Source of the DNA: a bacterium
GTDB taxonomy: Bacteria > Verrucomicrobiota > Verrucomicrobiia > Limisphaerales > UBA11358
Reading direction: 5' to 3'
DNA: 64,000 nucleotides
NCBI GenBank assembly: GCA_021817945.1
Contig: JAKAFL010000003.1
Coordinates: 33,664-97,663, forward strand
Part shown: piece after piece, positions 50,376 to 57,878 of the stretch
Numbering within the stretch: the first letter of the stretch is position 1
Layout of the letters: every line of letters begins with the position of its first letter
Notes under the pieces: generated by a model
The model's input: only the letters and a program-made list of their open reading frames with translations
The model's database searches: none
What the model was told of the DNA's origin: nothing
Made by a program: the position numbers and the translations under genes

Positions 50376-51191
50376 ATGGCATCCCAGTATAAAATCGGTT
50401 TCCTTGGAGCGGGCAAAATGGCATGCGCCTTGGCCAAGGGATTCATCAATGGCGGCCTTATGTTTCCCCGTGAGATACTGGCTGCCGATCCTGCGGAAGC
50501 CGCCCGAAAGCATTTCGCGGAAGGGACCGGCGGTTCGTTTTCCGGATCCAACCGCGAGGTGGCGGCAGCGGCGCGAGTCCTCGTCCTGGCCACCAAGCCA
50601 GACCAGACGGCGTCGGTTCTGGATGAAATCGCATCGGCCTTCACTCCAGATCATTTGCTGGTCTCAATTGCTGCAGGCGTCCCCCTTTCCCGCCTGGAAA
50701 ATGGGCTTCCTGCGGGAGCCAGGGTTGTGCGTGTCATGCCCAACACCCCGGCGTTGGTGGGGGCGGCAGCCTCGGCCTATGCCATGGGCCGGCACGCCAC
50801 GGTGGCCGATGGCGACCTGGTCTGCAAACTTTTCTCGTCCGTTGGAATGGCGGCTGCCGTGAAGGAGAGCCTGTTGGATGCGGTGACCGGCTTGAGCGGC
50901 AGCGGCCCGGCCTATGTTTTCCAATTCATCGAAGCGCTCAGTGATGGCGGCGTGGCCGCAGGGTTGCCCCGGGACTTGGCCACACGCCTCGCCGCACAGA
51001 CGGTATTGGGCGGTGCCCAGATGGTGCTGGAAACAGGTTTTCACCCCGGCGTGCTCAAGGACCAGGTCACCAGCCCGGGTGGCACCACCATTGAGGGCTT
51101 GCATGAGCTTGAGAAAGGCCAGTTCCGCGGCTGCGTCATAAGCGCCGTGCGGGCCGCCACCGAACGGTCCCGGCAGCTCGGGAAACCCTGA
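50376..51191 (+). CDS. proC: Pyrroline-5-carboxylate reductase
   Basis: IGFLGAGKMACALAKG, RVMPNTPALV and VTSPGGTTIEGL. Confidence 0.95.
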   Translation: MASQYKIGFLGAGKMACALAKGFINGGLMFPREILAADPAEAARKHFAEGTGGSFSGSNREVAAAARVLVLATKPDQTASVLDEIASAFTPDHLLVSIAAGVPLSRLENGLPAGARVVRVMPNTPALVGAAASAYAMGRHATVADGDLVCKLFSSVGMAAAVKESLLDAVTGLSGSGPAYVFQFIEALSDGGVAAGLPRDLATRLAAQTVLGGAQMVLETGFHPGVLKDQVTSPGGTTIEGLHELEKGQFRGCVISAVRAATERSRQLGKP

Positions 51192-52390
51192 TGAATCCTG
51201 ATCCTGAATCACCCTCGCCCGTCCAGCGCCGATTGCTGTGGCTTTCTCTCACCTGCCTGGGGTTGGCCTCCCTGGCGGCGCTGGCTGCCGGCATGGTCTG
51301 GGCCCTGGCGCGGTTGATCCATGTTCTAAGCCCCGTTCTCTGGCCCCTGGCCGTCGCTGCCATTCTGGCCTGCCTCCTCTCGCCTGTGGTCGCAGCATTG
51401 GAACGCCGGGGGCTGGCGCGGGTGCCCGCCATTCTTCTCGTTTTCCTGGCCGGAATTATCATTATTTCCGGAACCTTGGCCAGTGTTCTTCCCCAACTGA
51501 TTGGCGAAACCCGGCAGTTGGCAGGCAAATTGCCGGAGTATTCAGAGCGCCTGACCCTGGCCGTGGATGGTTTTTTGAACCATCCCCACGCCTTCGTTGC
51601 CCACTGGCTCCCTGCCGCACCCGGCCCCCCAGGCCCCTCCACGGCAGGTTCCACCCCTGCATCCAACCCGGCCACGGATATGTCTGCAATGAATGGTTTC
51701 GTTCACTGGTTGAGCACCCAATTGCCCAGGTTGGGAACCTGGCTGCTGAACCGTCTCCAGCAGGTCGCCTCCGGCTTTGCCATTCTGGCCGGGCTGTTTT
51801 TGGTGCCTGTTTACACTTTTTATTTTCTCCTGGAACAACGCTCCATTCTGGCCCGCTGGCGCGATTGCCTGCCGGTTACCCACCCCGCCACCCGCGCTGA
51901 ACTGATTTTCATCCTCGAATCCATCCAACAGTATCTCGTGGCCTTTTTCCGCGGCCAGGTGCTGGTTGCCATGGCGGATGCAACACTTTATACAATTGGT
52001 TTTCTCATGGTGGGCATCAACTACGCTTTTCTACTGGGTTTCATGGCCTTGTTCCTCACCATGATCCCTTTCCTCGGCGCCATTATCATTTGCGCCACCG
52101 CAGTGCTGCTGGCCTTTGTGCAGTTCACCGATTTTTTCCATCCGGCCTGCACTATCGCGTTGTTTGCCGCTGTCCAAGCCATGGAGGGGTTGTTCATCTC
52201 ACCCAGAATCATGGGCAACCGCGTGGGGCTCCATCCCCTCGCCATTATTGTGGCTGTGATGACCGGAACCACCCTGCTGGGAGGGCTGCTTGGCGGAGTG
52301 CTGGCCATACCTCTCGCTGCCGCCCTGCGCGTGATTGCGGCCCGGCACCTGGCCAAACCAGCCCCCTCTCACACTGTCTCCAATGACTGA
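51191..52390 (+). CDS. AI-2E family transporter (PerM/UPF0118)
   Basis: Multi-TM protein with ...IPFLGAII... and GLHPLAIIVA.. motifs. The start overlaps the proC stop by 1 nt. Confidence 0.9.
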   Translation: MNPDPESPSPVQRRLLWLSLTCLGLASLAALAAGMVWALARLIHVLSPVLWPLAVAAILACLLSPVVAALERRGLARVPAILLVFLAGIIIISGTLASVLPQLIGETRQLAGKLPEYSERLTLAVDGFLNHPHAFVAHWLPAAPGPPGPSTAGSTPASNPATDMSAMNGFVHWLSTQLPRLGTWLLNRLQQVASGFAILAGLFLVPVYTFYFLLEQRSILARWRDCLPVTHPATRAELIFILESIQQYLVAFFRGQVLVAMADATLYTIGFLMVGINYAFLLGFMALFLTMIPFLGAIIICATAVLLAFVQFTDFFHPACTIALFAAVQAMEGLFISPRIMGNRVGLHPLAIIVAVMTGTTLLGGLLGGVLAIPLAAALRVIAARHLAKPAPSHTVSND

Positions 52391-52595
52391 AGACCTCCCC
52401 AATCGCCTCCAGCAGATCGAGCAGCACATCGCCCACCTGGAACATCACGTGGACCAGATGAACACCATTTTACTGGAACAACAGAATGTGCTGATGCGCC
52501 TCAAAAAAGAGGTTCAACGCCAGACCCAAACCCTCCAAACCATGGAACTGGAGCGGATCAAGGCCAACATCACCAAGCCTCCTCATTATCAATGA
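52383..52595 (+). CDS. slyX: SlyX family protein
   Basis: A 70-aa coiled coil, RLQQIEQHIAHLEHHVDQMN..., ending KPPHYQ (SlyX-like PPHY tail). The ATG at 52383 overlaps the upstream stop. Confidence 0.75.
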   Translation: MTEDLPNRLQQIEQHIAHLEHHVDQMNTILLEQQNVLMRLKKEVQRQTQTLQTMELERIKANITKPPHYQ

Positions 52596-52610
52596 TTCGG
52601 CCTGTTTAAG

Positions 52611-52771
52611 CCGAAAAGCGAAATGGAAAGGGTCAAGATGCGGCAAAATGCTGGAGCGAAAACTCTTCGGAAAAATCGAAACCATACCCGAAGCGGTCTG
52701 GTGGGGTTTTTCCAAAGAGTTTGCGCCCGGTAGATTGACGCAGATTGGCCTTTTGAATTTCGTTTTTAGGG
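52611..52771 (+). repeat. Palindromic dispersed repeat, copy E
   Basis: ccgaaaagcgaaatggaaaggg...ccttttgaatttcgtttttaggg, flanked on both sides by gtttaagcc. Confidence 0.85.
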
Positions 52772-52916
52772 TTTAAGCCGCAGCGAGTCCGACCAGGATG
52801 CAGCCCGTCATCGAGTCCCTGGCACAATCATACTCCCTCCCCTGCGCCTCTCCCAATCCCGGACACGCCTCCATAAATTTGTAGTTATTTAGGGGCGTCT
52901 GCGCTAGGCTGGCAGG

Positions 52917-54116
52917 GTGAGTTTCGTTTCTGAATTGAATGCCCTGCCGCTTCAGGACCTGCTTCGTCATTCCTTGGAGGCGGATCAGGCTGCTGTGCTT
53001 TCCGTCTTGTCCAAAAGACAGGTTCCGCTCCACGATTTTGCCACCCTCATCTCTCCGGCTGCCGCAGGTTTCCTCGAGCCCATGTCACAAAAAGCGCGCG
53101 CCCTCACCCAGCAACGCTTTGGCAAGGTGATCCGGCTTTTCGCGCCGCTGTACGTTTCCAACGAATGCATCAATAATTGCAAGTATTGCGGGTTTTCCCG
53201 GGATAACCCCATCCTGCGCGTCACGCTGTCCATGGATGAAGTCCGGCAGGAGGCCATTGCCTTGCGCTCCGAGGGTTTTCGAAACATCCTCATCGTTGCC
53301 GGCGAACATCCACGCTTTGTTTCGAACCATTACCTGGCTGATTGCATTCGCACCGTCCGTTCGGAGGTGCCTGGCGTGTCGCTGGAGGTGGGGCCCATGG
53401 AAAAAGAGGATTACGTTCCCTTGGTGGATGCCGGGGCGGATGGTTTGGTGGTGTATCAGGAAACCTACGACCGGCAGGTGTACGAGGCCATGCACACGGC
53501 GGGTCCAAAGAAAAATTTTGATTGGCGCTTGGAAACCCCCGAGCGGGCCTATGCGGCCGGGTTCCGTCGCCTGGGCATTGCCGCCTTGTACGGGCTGGCC
53601 GACTGGCGGGCGGAGGCGCTGTGCGTGGCTGCCCACGCCAGCTACCTGCTCCGACACTGCTGGAAGGCCCAGGTTACCCTGTCCCTGCCACGGCTGCGAC
53701 CCTGCGCGGGCGAGTTTCAACCCCTCACCCACGTCTCCGACCGTGACCTGACCCAATTGGTTTGCGCCTTTCGCCTGATGTTCCCGGATGCTGGCATCGT
53801 GCTCTCCACACGCGAGACACCGCGCCTCCGCGATGGGCTCATGCCCCTGGGCATCACCCTGATGAGCGCGGGCAGCCACACGGAGCCCGGTGGCTACACC
53901 GGCGCCGGGCGACAGAATATCCATCGCACCGTCCAGGGCCGCCAAGTGGCCCTCGAACCGGATTCGCCGGAATGGCAGGCTGGTTCCCAATCCACTTCCG
54001 CCACCGTGCAATTCCAGATTTCGGATGGCAGGTCCGCAGGAGAAATCGCCTCCCGCATCCGGCAGCAGGGCTACGATCCCGTCTGGAAGGACTGGGATAC
54101 CGCGCTCACATCCTGA
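52917..54116 (+). CDS. thiH: 2-iminoacetate synthase (radical SAM)
   Basis: LYVSNECINNCKYCGFS cluster motif, ...LISPAAAGFLE... colinear with E. coli ThiH, and LMSAGSHTEPGGY. GTG start. Confidence 0.9.
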   Translation: MSFVSELNALPLQDLLRHSLEADQAAVLSVLSKRQVPLHDFATLISPAAAGFLEPMSQKARALTQQRFGKVIRLFAPLYVSNECINNCKYCGFSRDNPILRVTLSMDEVRQEAIALRSEGFRNILIVAGEHPRFVSNHYLADCIRTVRSEVPGVSLEVGPMEKEDYVPLVDAGADGLVVYQETYDRQVYEAMHTAGPKKNFDWRLETPERAYAAGFRRLGIAALYGLADWRAEALCVAAHASYLLRHCWKAQVTLSLPRLRPCAGEFQPLTHVSDRDLTQLVCAFRLMFPDAGIVLSTRETPRLRDGLMPLGITLMSAGSHTEPGGYTGAGRQNIHRTVQGRQVALEPDSPEWQAGSQSTSATVQFQISDGRSAGEIASRIRQQGYDPVWKDWDTALTS

Positions 54117-54141
54117 CCCCACCCTCCCCCACTCCCAGCCC

Positions 54142-54348
54142 ATGTCACCCCAGGTAGTTGCCAATGGCCAGCGGATCGAAACTTCGTTTCCGTGCAGCTT
54201 GGAAACCTTTTTGGTGGGTCAACACCTGTCCCCGCGGTGTGTGGTGGTGGAACTCAACGGACAGGCCGTGGCTCCATCTGAGTTCCAGCAGAGACAACTC
54301 CAGCCCGGCGACCGTTTGGAAATCGTCAAAATCGTGGCTGGCGGCTGA
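54142..54348 (+). CDS. thiS: Sulfur carrier protein ThiS
   Basis: 68 aa, MSPQVVANGQRIE...VELNGQAV...GDRLEIVKIVAGG, ending in Gly-Gly. The in-frame ATG at 54142 lies inside track ORF 53890..54348. Confidence 0.85.
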   Translation: MSPQVVANGQRIETSFPCSLETFLVGQHLSPRCVVVELNGQAVAPSEFQQRQLQPGDRLEIVKIVAGG

Positions 54349-54385
54349 GGTGAAATTCCACGGGGATGAACGCACCACGGGCCAA

Positions 54386-55672
54386 ATGCCGCCGCGCAAG
54401 ATCATGAAGGATCGTTTTACAGGATTATACCGGGTTTTTTTGGGCATTCTGGCAGCCCTGGCCTGCTGGTTTACCTGGTCCGCTCTGGCAGCGGATCCCG
54501 GGGTTGAAAACCTCCAACCCGCGAATGGCGCCAATCCTTACACCAATCTCCCCCGCATCCTCGTCCACTTGCACAACCAGCCGCTGACGTTCCAATTGGA
54601 CCAGGTGCCGGCGCTGCGCAACCATGATTTCCTGGGACAGCCCCTGTGGAAATACGCCGCTTCATGCATTTATGTCGCGCTCGCCTTCGCCCTGGCCTGG
54701 CTCATTGACCAGTGCGTGAAATTCTGGCTGCGGCGCCGGGCCTCGCGCTCCGGCAATCCCGGCGACGTTTTGCTGCTCAATGTGCTGGGCGGCCCGCTCA
54801 AGGTCATCATTTTCGTTTTCTTCCTCAATGTCGGCCTCAATATTTTTGAATGGCCCGAGCAGGCGGATGTCTTTCTTTCACGCATTTTCATCATCGGCGC
54901 CGCGCTGGCCGTCACGTTTCTCCTGGTCAAGTGCATGGACCTTTTGATCGCACTCTGGCGCCAGCGCCTCACAACCGCCCACGACAAGGTTTTTGCTGAT
55001 CAACTCCTGCCACTCGTCAGCAAACTCGGAAAAATCCTCGTCATCGTCGCCGCCGCCCTTCTCACTGCGGATAATCTCCATATTCGCATTGGTAGCGCCC
55101 TGGCCGGACTTTCCATTGGCGGCCTCGCACTGGGCTTGGCAGCTCAGGACACCGTGGCCAACCTCTTTGGCGCCGTCGCCGTGTTCCTGGATAAGCCTTT
55201 CAACATCGGCGACCGCATCCGCGTCCTCAACGTGGATGGCATAGTGGAATCCATTGGCCTGCGCAGCACCCGCGTGCGCAACCTCGATGGCCATCACGTC
55301 ACCATCCCCAACAAAACCATGGGCAACGAGGTCATCACCAACATCACCCGGCGACCCGGCATCAAGACCGAAATGAACATCGGCCTGACCTACGATACCC
55401 CCGCCCCGCGCATCCGCCAGGCCATCGCCATACTCCATGATATTCTTGGCTCCCATCCCCGCACCTCCTCCCTCACCATCAGCTTCAACCGGTTTGCCGA
55501 TTCCTCACTGAACATCCTCGTCGTCCATAATTGGAACGGAACCGATGCCCAGGAGCACTTTGACGATCTCCAGGAACTCAACCTGCGCATCAAGGAAAGG
55601 TTTGATGCGGAAAAAATCGAGTTTGCCTTTCCATCCCAAACCATTTACCTCAAAAATCCGGCGCCCGCTTGA
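54386..55672 (+). CDS. Mechanosensitive ion channel (MscS family)
   Basis: Signal/TM N-terminus (ATG at 54386) and an MscS core ...LANLFGAVAVFLDKPFNIGDRIRV...G.VESIGLRSTRVRNLDGHHVTIPN. Confidence 0.9.
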   Translation: MPPRKIMKDRFTGLYRVFLGILAALACWFTWSALAADPGVENLQPANGANPYTNLPRILVHLHNQPLTFQLDQVPALRNHDFLGQPLWKYAASCIYVALAFALAWLIDQCVKFWLRRRASRSGNPGDVLLLNVLGGPLKVIIFVFFLNVGLNIFEWPEQADVFLSRIFIIGAALAVTFLLVKCMDLLIALWRQRLTTAHDKVFADQLLPLVSKLGKILVIVAAALLTADNLHIRIGSALAGLSIGGLALGLAAQDTVANLFGAVAVFLDKPFNIGDRIRVLNVDGIVESIGLRSTRVRNLDGHHVTIPNKTMGNEVITNITRRPGIKTEMNIGLTYDTPAPRIRQAIAILHDILGSHPRTSSLTISFNRFADSSLNILVVHNWNGTDAQEHFDDLQELNLRIKERFDAEKIEFAFPSQTIYLKNPAPA

Positions 55673-55726
55673 CGCGCGGCTCATCACCACGCTGACACTC
55701 GCGCTCATCATCACCAATTTATATTC

Positions 55727-56143
55727 ATGGCTTCCTTCTGGCAGAATCTTCTCTGGCATCACGGGCATTTCCTGGGCATATCCTGGAGCGTGTGGAAACT
55801 CCTGGGCTGGGGCGGCAACCTCACCTTTTCATCCCGCTTCATTGTGCAATGGTATGCCACGGAGAAAAGCCGTCAGGTGGTTGTTCCCGTGCTTTTTTGG
55901 TGGCTCAGCCTGCTTGGCTCGCTGCTCCTTTTGATTTACGCCTTTAGCAAGACCGATTCCGTGTTCATTTATGCCTATCTCTTTCCATGGGTCCCTTACG
56001 TGCGCAATCTCATCATTCATTACCGCCACCAAAAAGCCCACATGGACTGTCCCGGCTGTGGTGAAAAAATTCCGCCCCACGCCAATTTTTGCCCCCAATG
56101 CGGGGCCAGGGCAGAACTTGCACCGCAAAACATCCCGAAGTGA
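55727..56143 (+). CDS. Lipid-A-disaccharide synthase N-terminal domain (LAB_N) membrane protein with a C-terminal zinc ribbon
   Basis: GWGGNLTFSSRFIVQWYATEKSRQVVVPVLFWWLSLLGSLLLLIYA, then CPGCGEKIPPHANFCPQCGA. Confidence 0.75.
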   Translation: MASFWQNLLWHHGHFLGISWSVWKLLGWGGNLTFSSRFIVQWYATEKSRQVVVPVLFWWLSLLGSLLLLIYAFSKTDSVFIYAYLFPWVPYVRNLIIHYRHQKAHMDCPGCGEKIPPHANFCPQCGARAELAPQNIPK

Positions 56144-56157
56144 GATGGTTCGTTAAT

Positions 56158-56248
56158 CCCGGAAAGCGAAATGGAAAAGGTCAAGATGCGGCAAGCTGCT
56201 GGAGCGGAAACTCTTTGGAAAGATCGAAATCATACCCGAAGCGGTCTG
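56158..56248 (+). repeat. Palindromic dispersed repeat, copy F (left half only)
   Basis: cccggaaagcgaaatggaaaagg...cccgaagcggtctg. Similarity stops abruptly just past the palindrome apex. Confidence 0.8.
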
Positions 56249-56345
56249 AAATTGTCTTCCTTAGCGAAGCTGCTGCGTCTGGATTTAGGTTCAATCCATT
56301 TCAAACAATGTGCCCAAGTCATATCCAAATGAGCGTGACTGTGGG

Positions 56346-56373
56346 TTGACATTGATTGAAAATCTGATAATCT
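56346..56373 (+). promoter_or_regulatory. Sigma70-like promoter for vapBC
   Basis: TTGACA (56346-56351), a 16-nt spacer, then an extended -10 TGaTAATCT ending at 56373. The ATG at 56380 lies only 6 nt downstream. A tandem AATCTGA TAATCTGA repeat overlaps the -10. Confidence 0.4.
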
Positions 56374-56379
56374 GATTTT

Positions 56380-56652
56380 ATGCGAAAGATGACTATCAGT
56401 GTCACGGATGCCGCGCGCAATTTTGCCGATTGCGTCAACCGCGCCCATTATCAAAACGTGACCTTTGTCCTGCTCAAGAATGGCTCGCCCGTTGCCCGGT
56501 TGGTGCCGGACAGCGAAAAGGTCTGCGCGGGCCGGGACTTGGCTGCGGCACTGGCCAAAACTGAATTAGCCGAAGATGAAGCCGCCGTCTGGCATCGTGA
56601 TTTGCAAACCGCCCGTAAAACCCTCAAAACCCCGACGGACAAATGGCGATAA
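56380..56652 (+). CDS. vapB: Type II antitoxin (Phd/YefM-like; VapB role)
   Basis: MTISVTDAARNFADCVNRAHYQNVTFVLLKNGSPVARLVP. It overlaps the PIN gene by 10 nt. Confidence 0.85.
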   Translation: MRKMTISVTDAARNFADCVNRAHYQNVTFVLLKNGSPVARLVPDSEKVCAGRDLAAALAKTELAEDEAAVWHRDLQTARKTLKTPTDKWR

Positions 56653-57044
56653 TTCTGGATGCGGATGTCATTATTCGCGGCGAGAAAGGCACGTTTGATC
56701 TCCAGCTTTGGGTGGCCGCTCGACCGGACGAACAATTTGAAGTGGCCGCCGTCACCGTGGCCGAACTTTGGCATGGCGTGGAACGGGCTACGGGGGCGCA
56801 CCGGGCAAAGCGCCAGCATTACCTCCAAACCGTTCTGGCTTCGCTGCCCGTCATTCCTTACACGGAGCAAACGGCCTATGAACATGCCCGCGTTTGGGCG
56901 AAATTGAAATCGTCCGGCAAGATGTTTGGATATTATGACCTCATCGTAGCGGCGACGGCCTTGGAACGCGGCAGCGAAGTGGCCACATTTAACCAACGGC
57001 ATTTTGCCCAAGTAAAGGGGCTGAAAGTCATCGAGCCGAAATAA
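56643..57044 (+). CDS. vapC: PIN-domain ribonuclease toxin
   Basis: IILDADVII..., ...TVAELWHG..., ...YDLIVAATALERG..VATFNQRHF (PIN acidic residues in the expected order). Confidence 0.9.
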   Translation: MAIILDADVIIRGEKGTFDLQLWVAARPDEQFEVAAVTVAELWHGVERATGAHRAKRQHYLQTVLASLPVIPYTEQTAYEHARVWAKLKSSGKMFGYYDLIVAATALERGSEVATFNQRHFAQVKGLKVIEPK

Positions 57045-57166
57045 GACGGCTTCTATTCCATCCTGTTCATTCCTTTATTCCCGATTTTCTGAGAATCTCA
57101 TTGTGTTGAAGGAGATATTCGTATCGCATTGCCAAATCTTCCCATTGACTGGGCTTGGGCTTGAGC

Positions 57167-57256
57167 GCTTCGCTGCAGGACGAGGAAACCAGAGTCATTC
57201 GATTGTTGAATGCTCTTGAAATGGGCGCCCACCTTCAAGGCACGGAATGGTTTAAG
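57167..57256. repeat. 90-bp direct repeat, unit 1
   Basis: gcttcgctgcaggacgaggaaaccagagtcattcgattgttgaatgctcttgaaatgggcgcccaccttcaaggcacggaatggtttaag. Confidence 0.7.
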
Positions 57257-57410
57257 ACCCTATTGAACCTGCCGTCTTTTTCTCCCTCTCCATCAATCCC
57301 CATTGATGGGGAGGGCCGGGGAGGGGTGGCACTGAGTTTTCAGGAAATGAAATGGTTCGCTTTTCGCACTGGATGTTTGCGATTTCCCCTCTCCTTAATC
57401 CTCTCCCCCC

Positions 57411-57500
57411 GCTTCGCTGCGGGGCGAGGAAACCAGAATCACCGGATTGTTGCATGCTCTTGAAATGGGCGCTCAGCTTCATGGCACGGAATGGTTTAAA
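57411..57500. repeat. 90-bp direct repeat, unit 2 (244 nt downstream of unit 1)
   Basis: gcttcgctgcggggcgaggaaaccagaatcaccggattgttgcatgctcttgaaatgggcgctcagcttcatggcacggaatggtttaaa. Colinear with unit 1, with scattered substitutions. Confidence 0.7.
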
Positions 57501-57567
57501 GCGGTTTCAAACCAATCGCTTCACCCTCCATCCACACCAACTTCCCCAGCCGCCCCTCACTGGGCTT

Positions 57568-57873
57568 TTAACGACTGTTAGTAGAAGAGGTGGGCTTCGC
57601 CCCACCAAGACCATACTTCCTCAAGACGGTGCGGGTGAAATCGGGATGAGTTTGCCCATAAGCCACCAGTTCATTGAGCAGGTTGATGATGGCCGGTTGC
57701 TCCTGATTATACGAGGCTATCACCTTGCCGGCTTGGGCGAGTTGCTTGCCTTCCATGCTGGCCTGGCGGTACAAATAAACCGTCAGGCACATGGCCAGGA
57801 CCACCAATGCCACCAACATCGCAAAAACCTGCGTGCGCAGTGCGGAAAGCTCAGGATTATTTTCAGTGCTCAT
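57568..57873 (-). CDS. Small single-pass membrane protein, unknown function (paralog of the next gene)
   Basis: 101 aa. N-terminal TM VFAMLVALVVLAMCLTVYLY, then ...PAIINLLNELVAYGQTHPDF. Confidence 0.5.
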   Translation of the reverse strand: MSTENNPELSALRTQVFAMLVALVVLAMCLTVYLYRQASMEGKQLAQAGKVIASYNQEQPAIINLLNELVAYGQTHPDFTRTVLRKYGLGGAKPTSSTNSR

Positions 57874-57878
57874 GAATG

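Noticed and set aside
52646-52774. Small ORFs inside the palindromic repeats (MLERKLFGKIETIPEAVWW.F.KEFAP.RL...FRV, 42 aa in copies C and E; and the antisense ...EKSHQTA.G.VSIFPKSFRSSILPHLDPF.FAFRVK)
   Set aside because: The 42-aa frame is broken by stops in copy A (after 18 codons) and copy B (after 7 codons) and is absent from the half copy. Substitutions between copies are not synonymous-biased. The palindromic, stop-poor sequence explains open frames on both strands. A peptide cannot be fully excluded.
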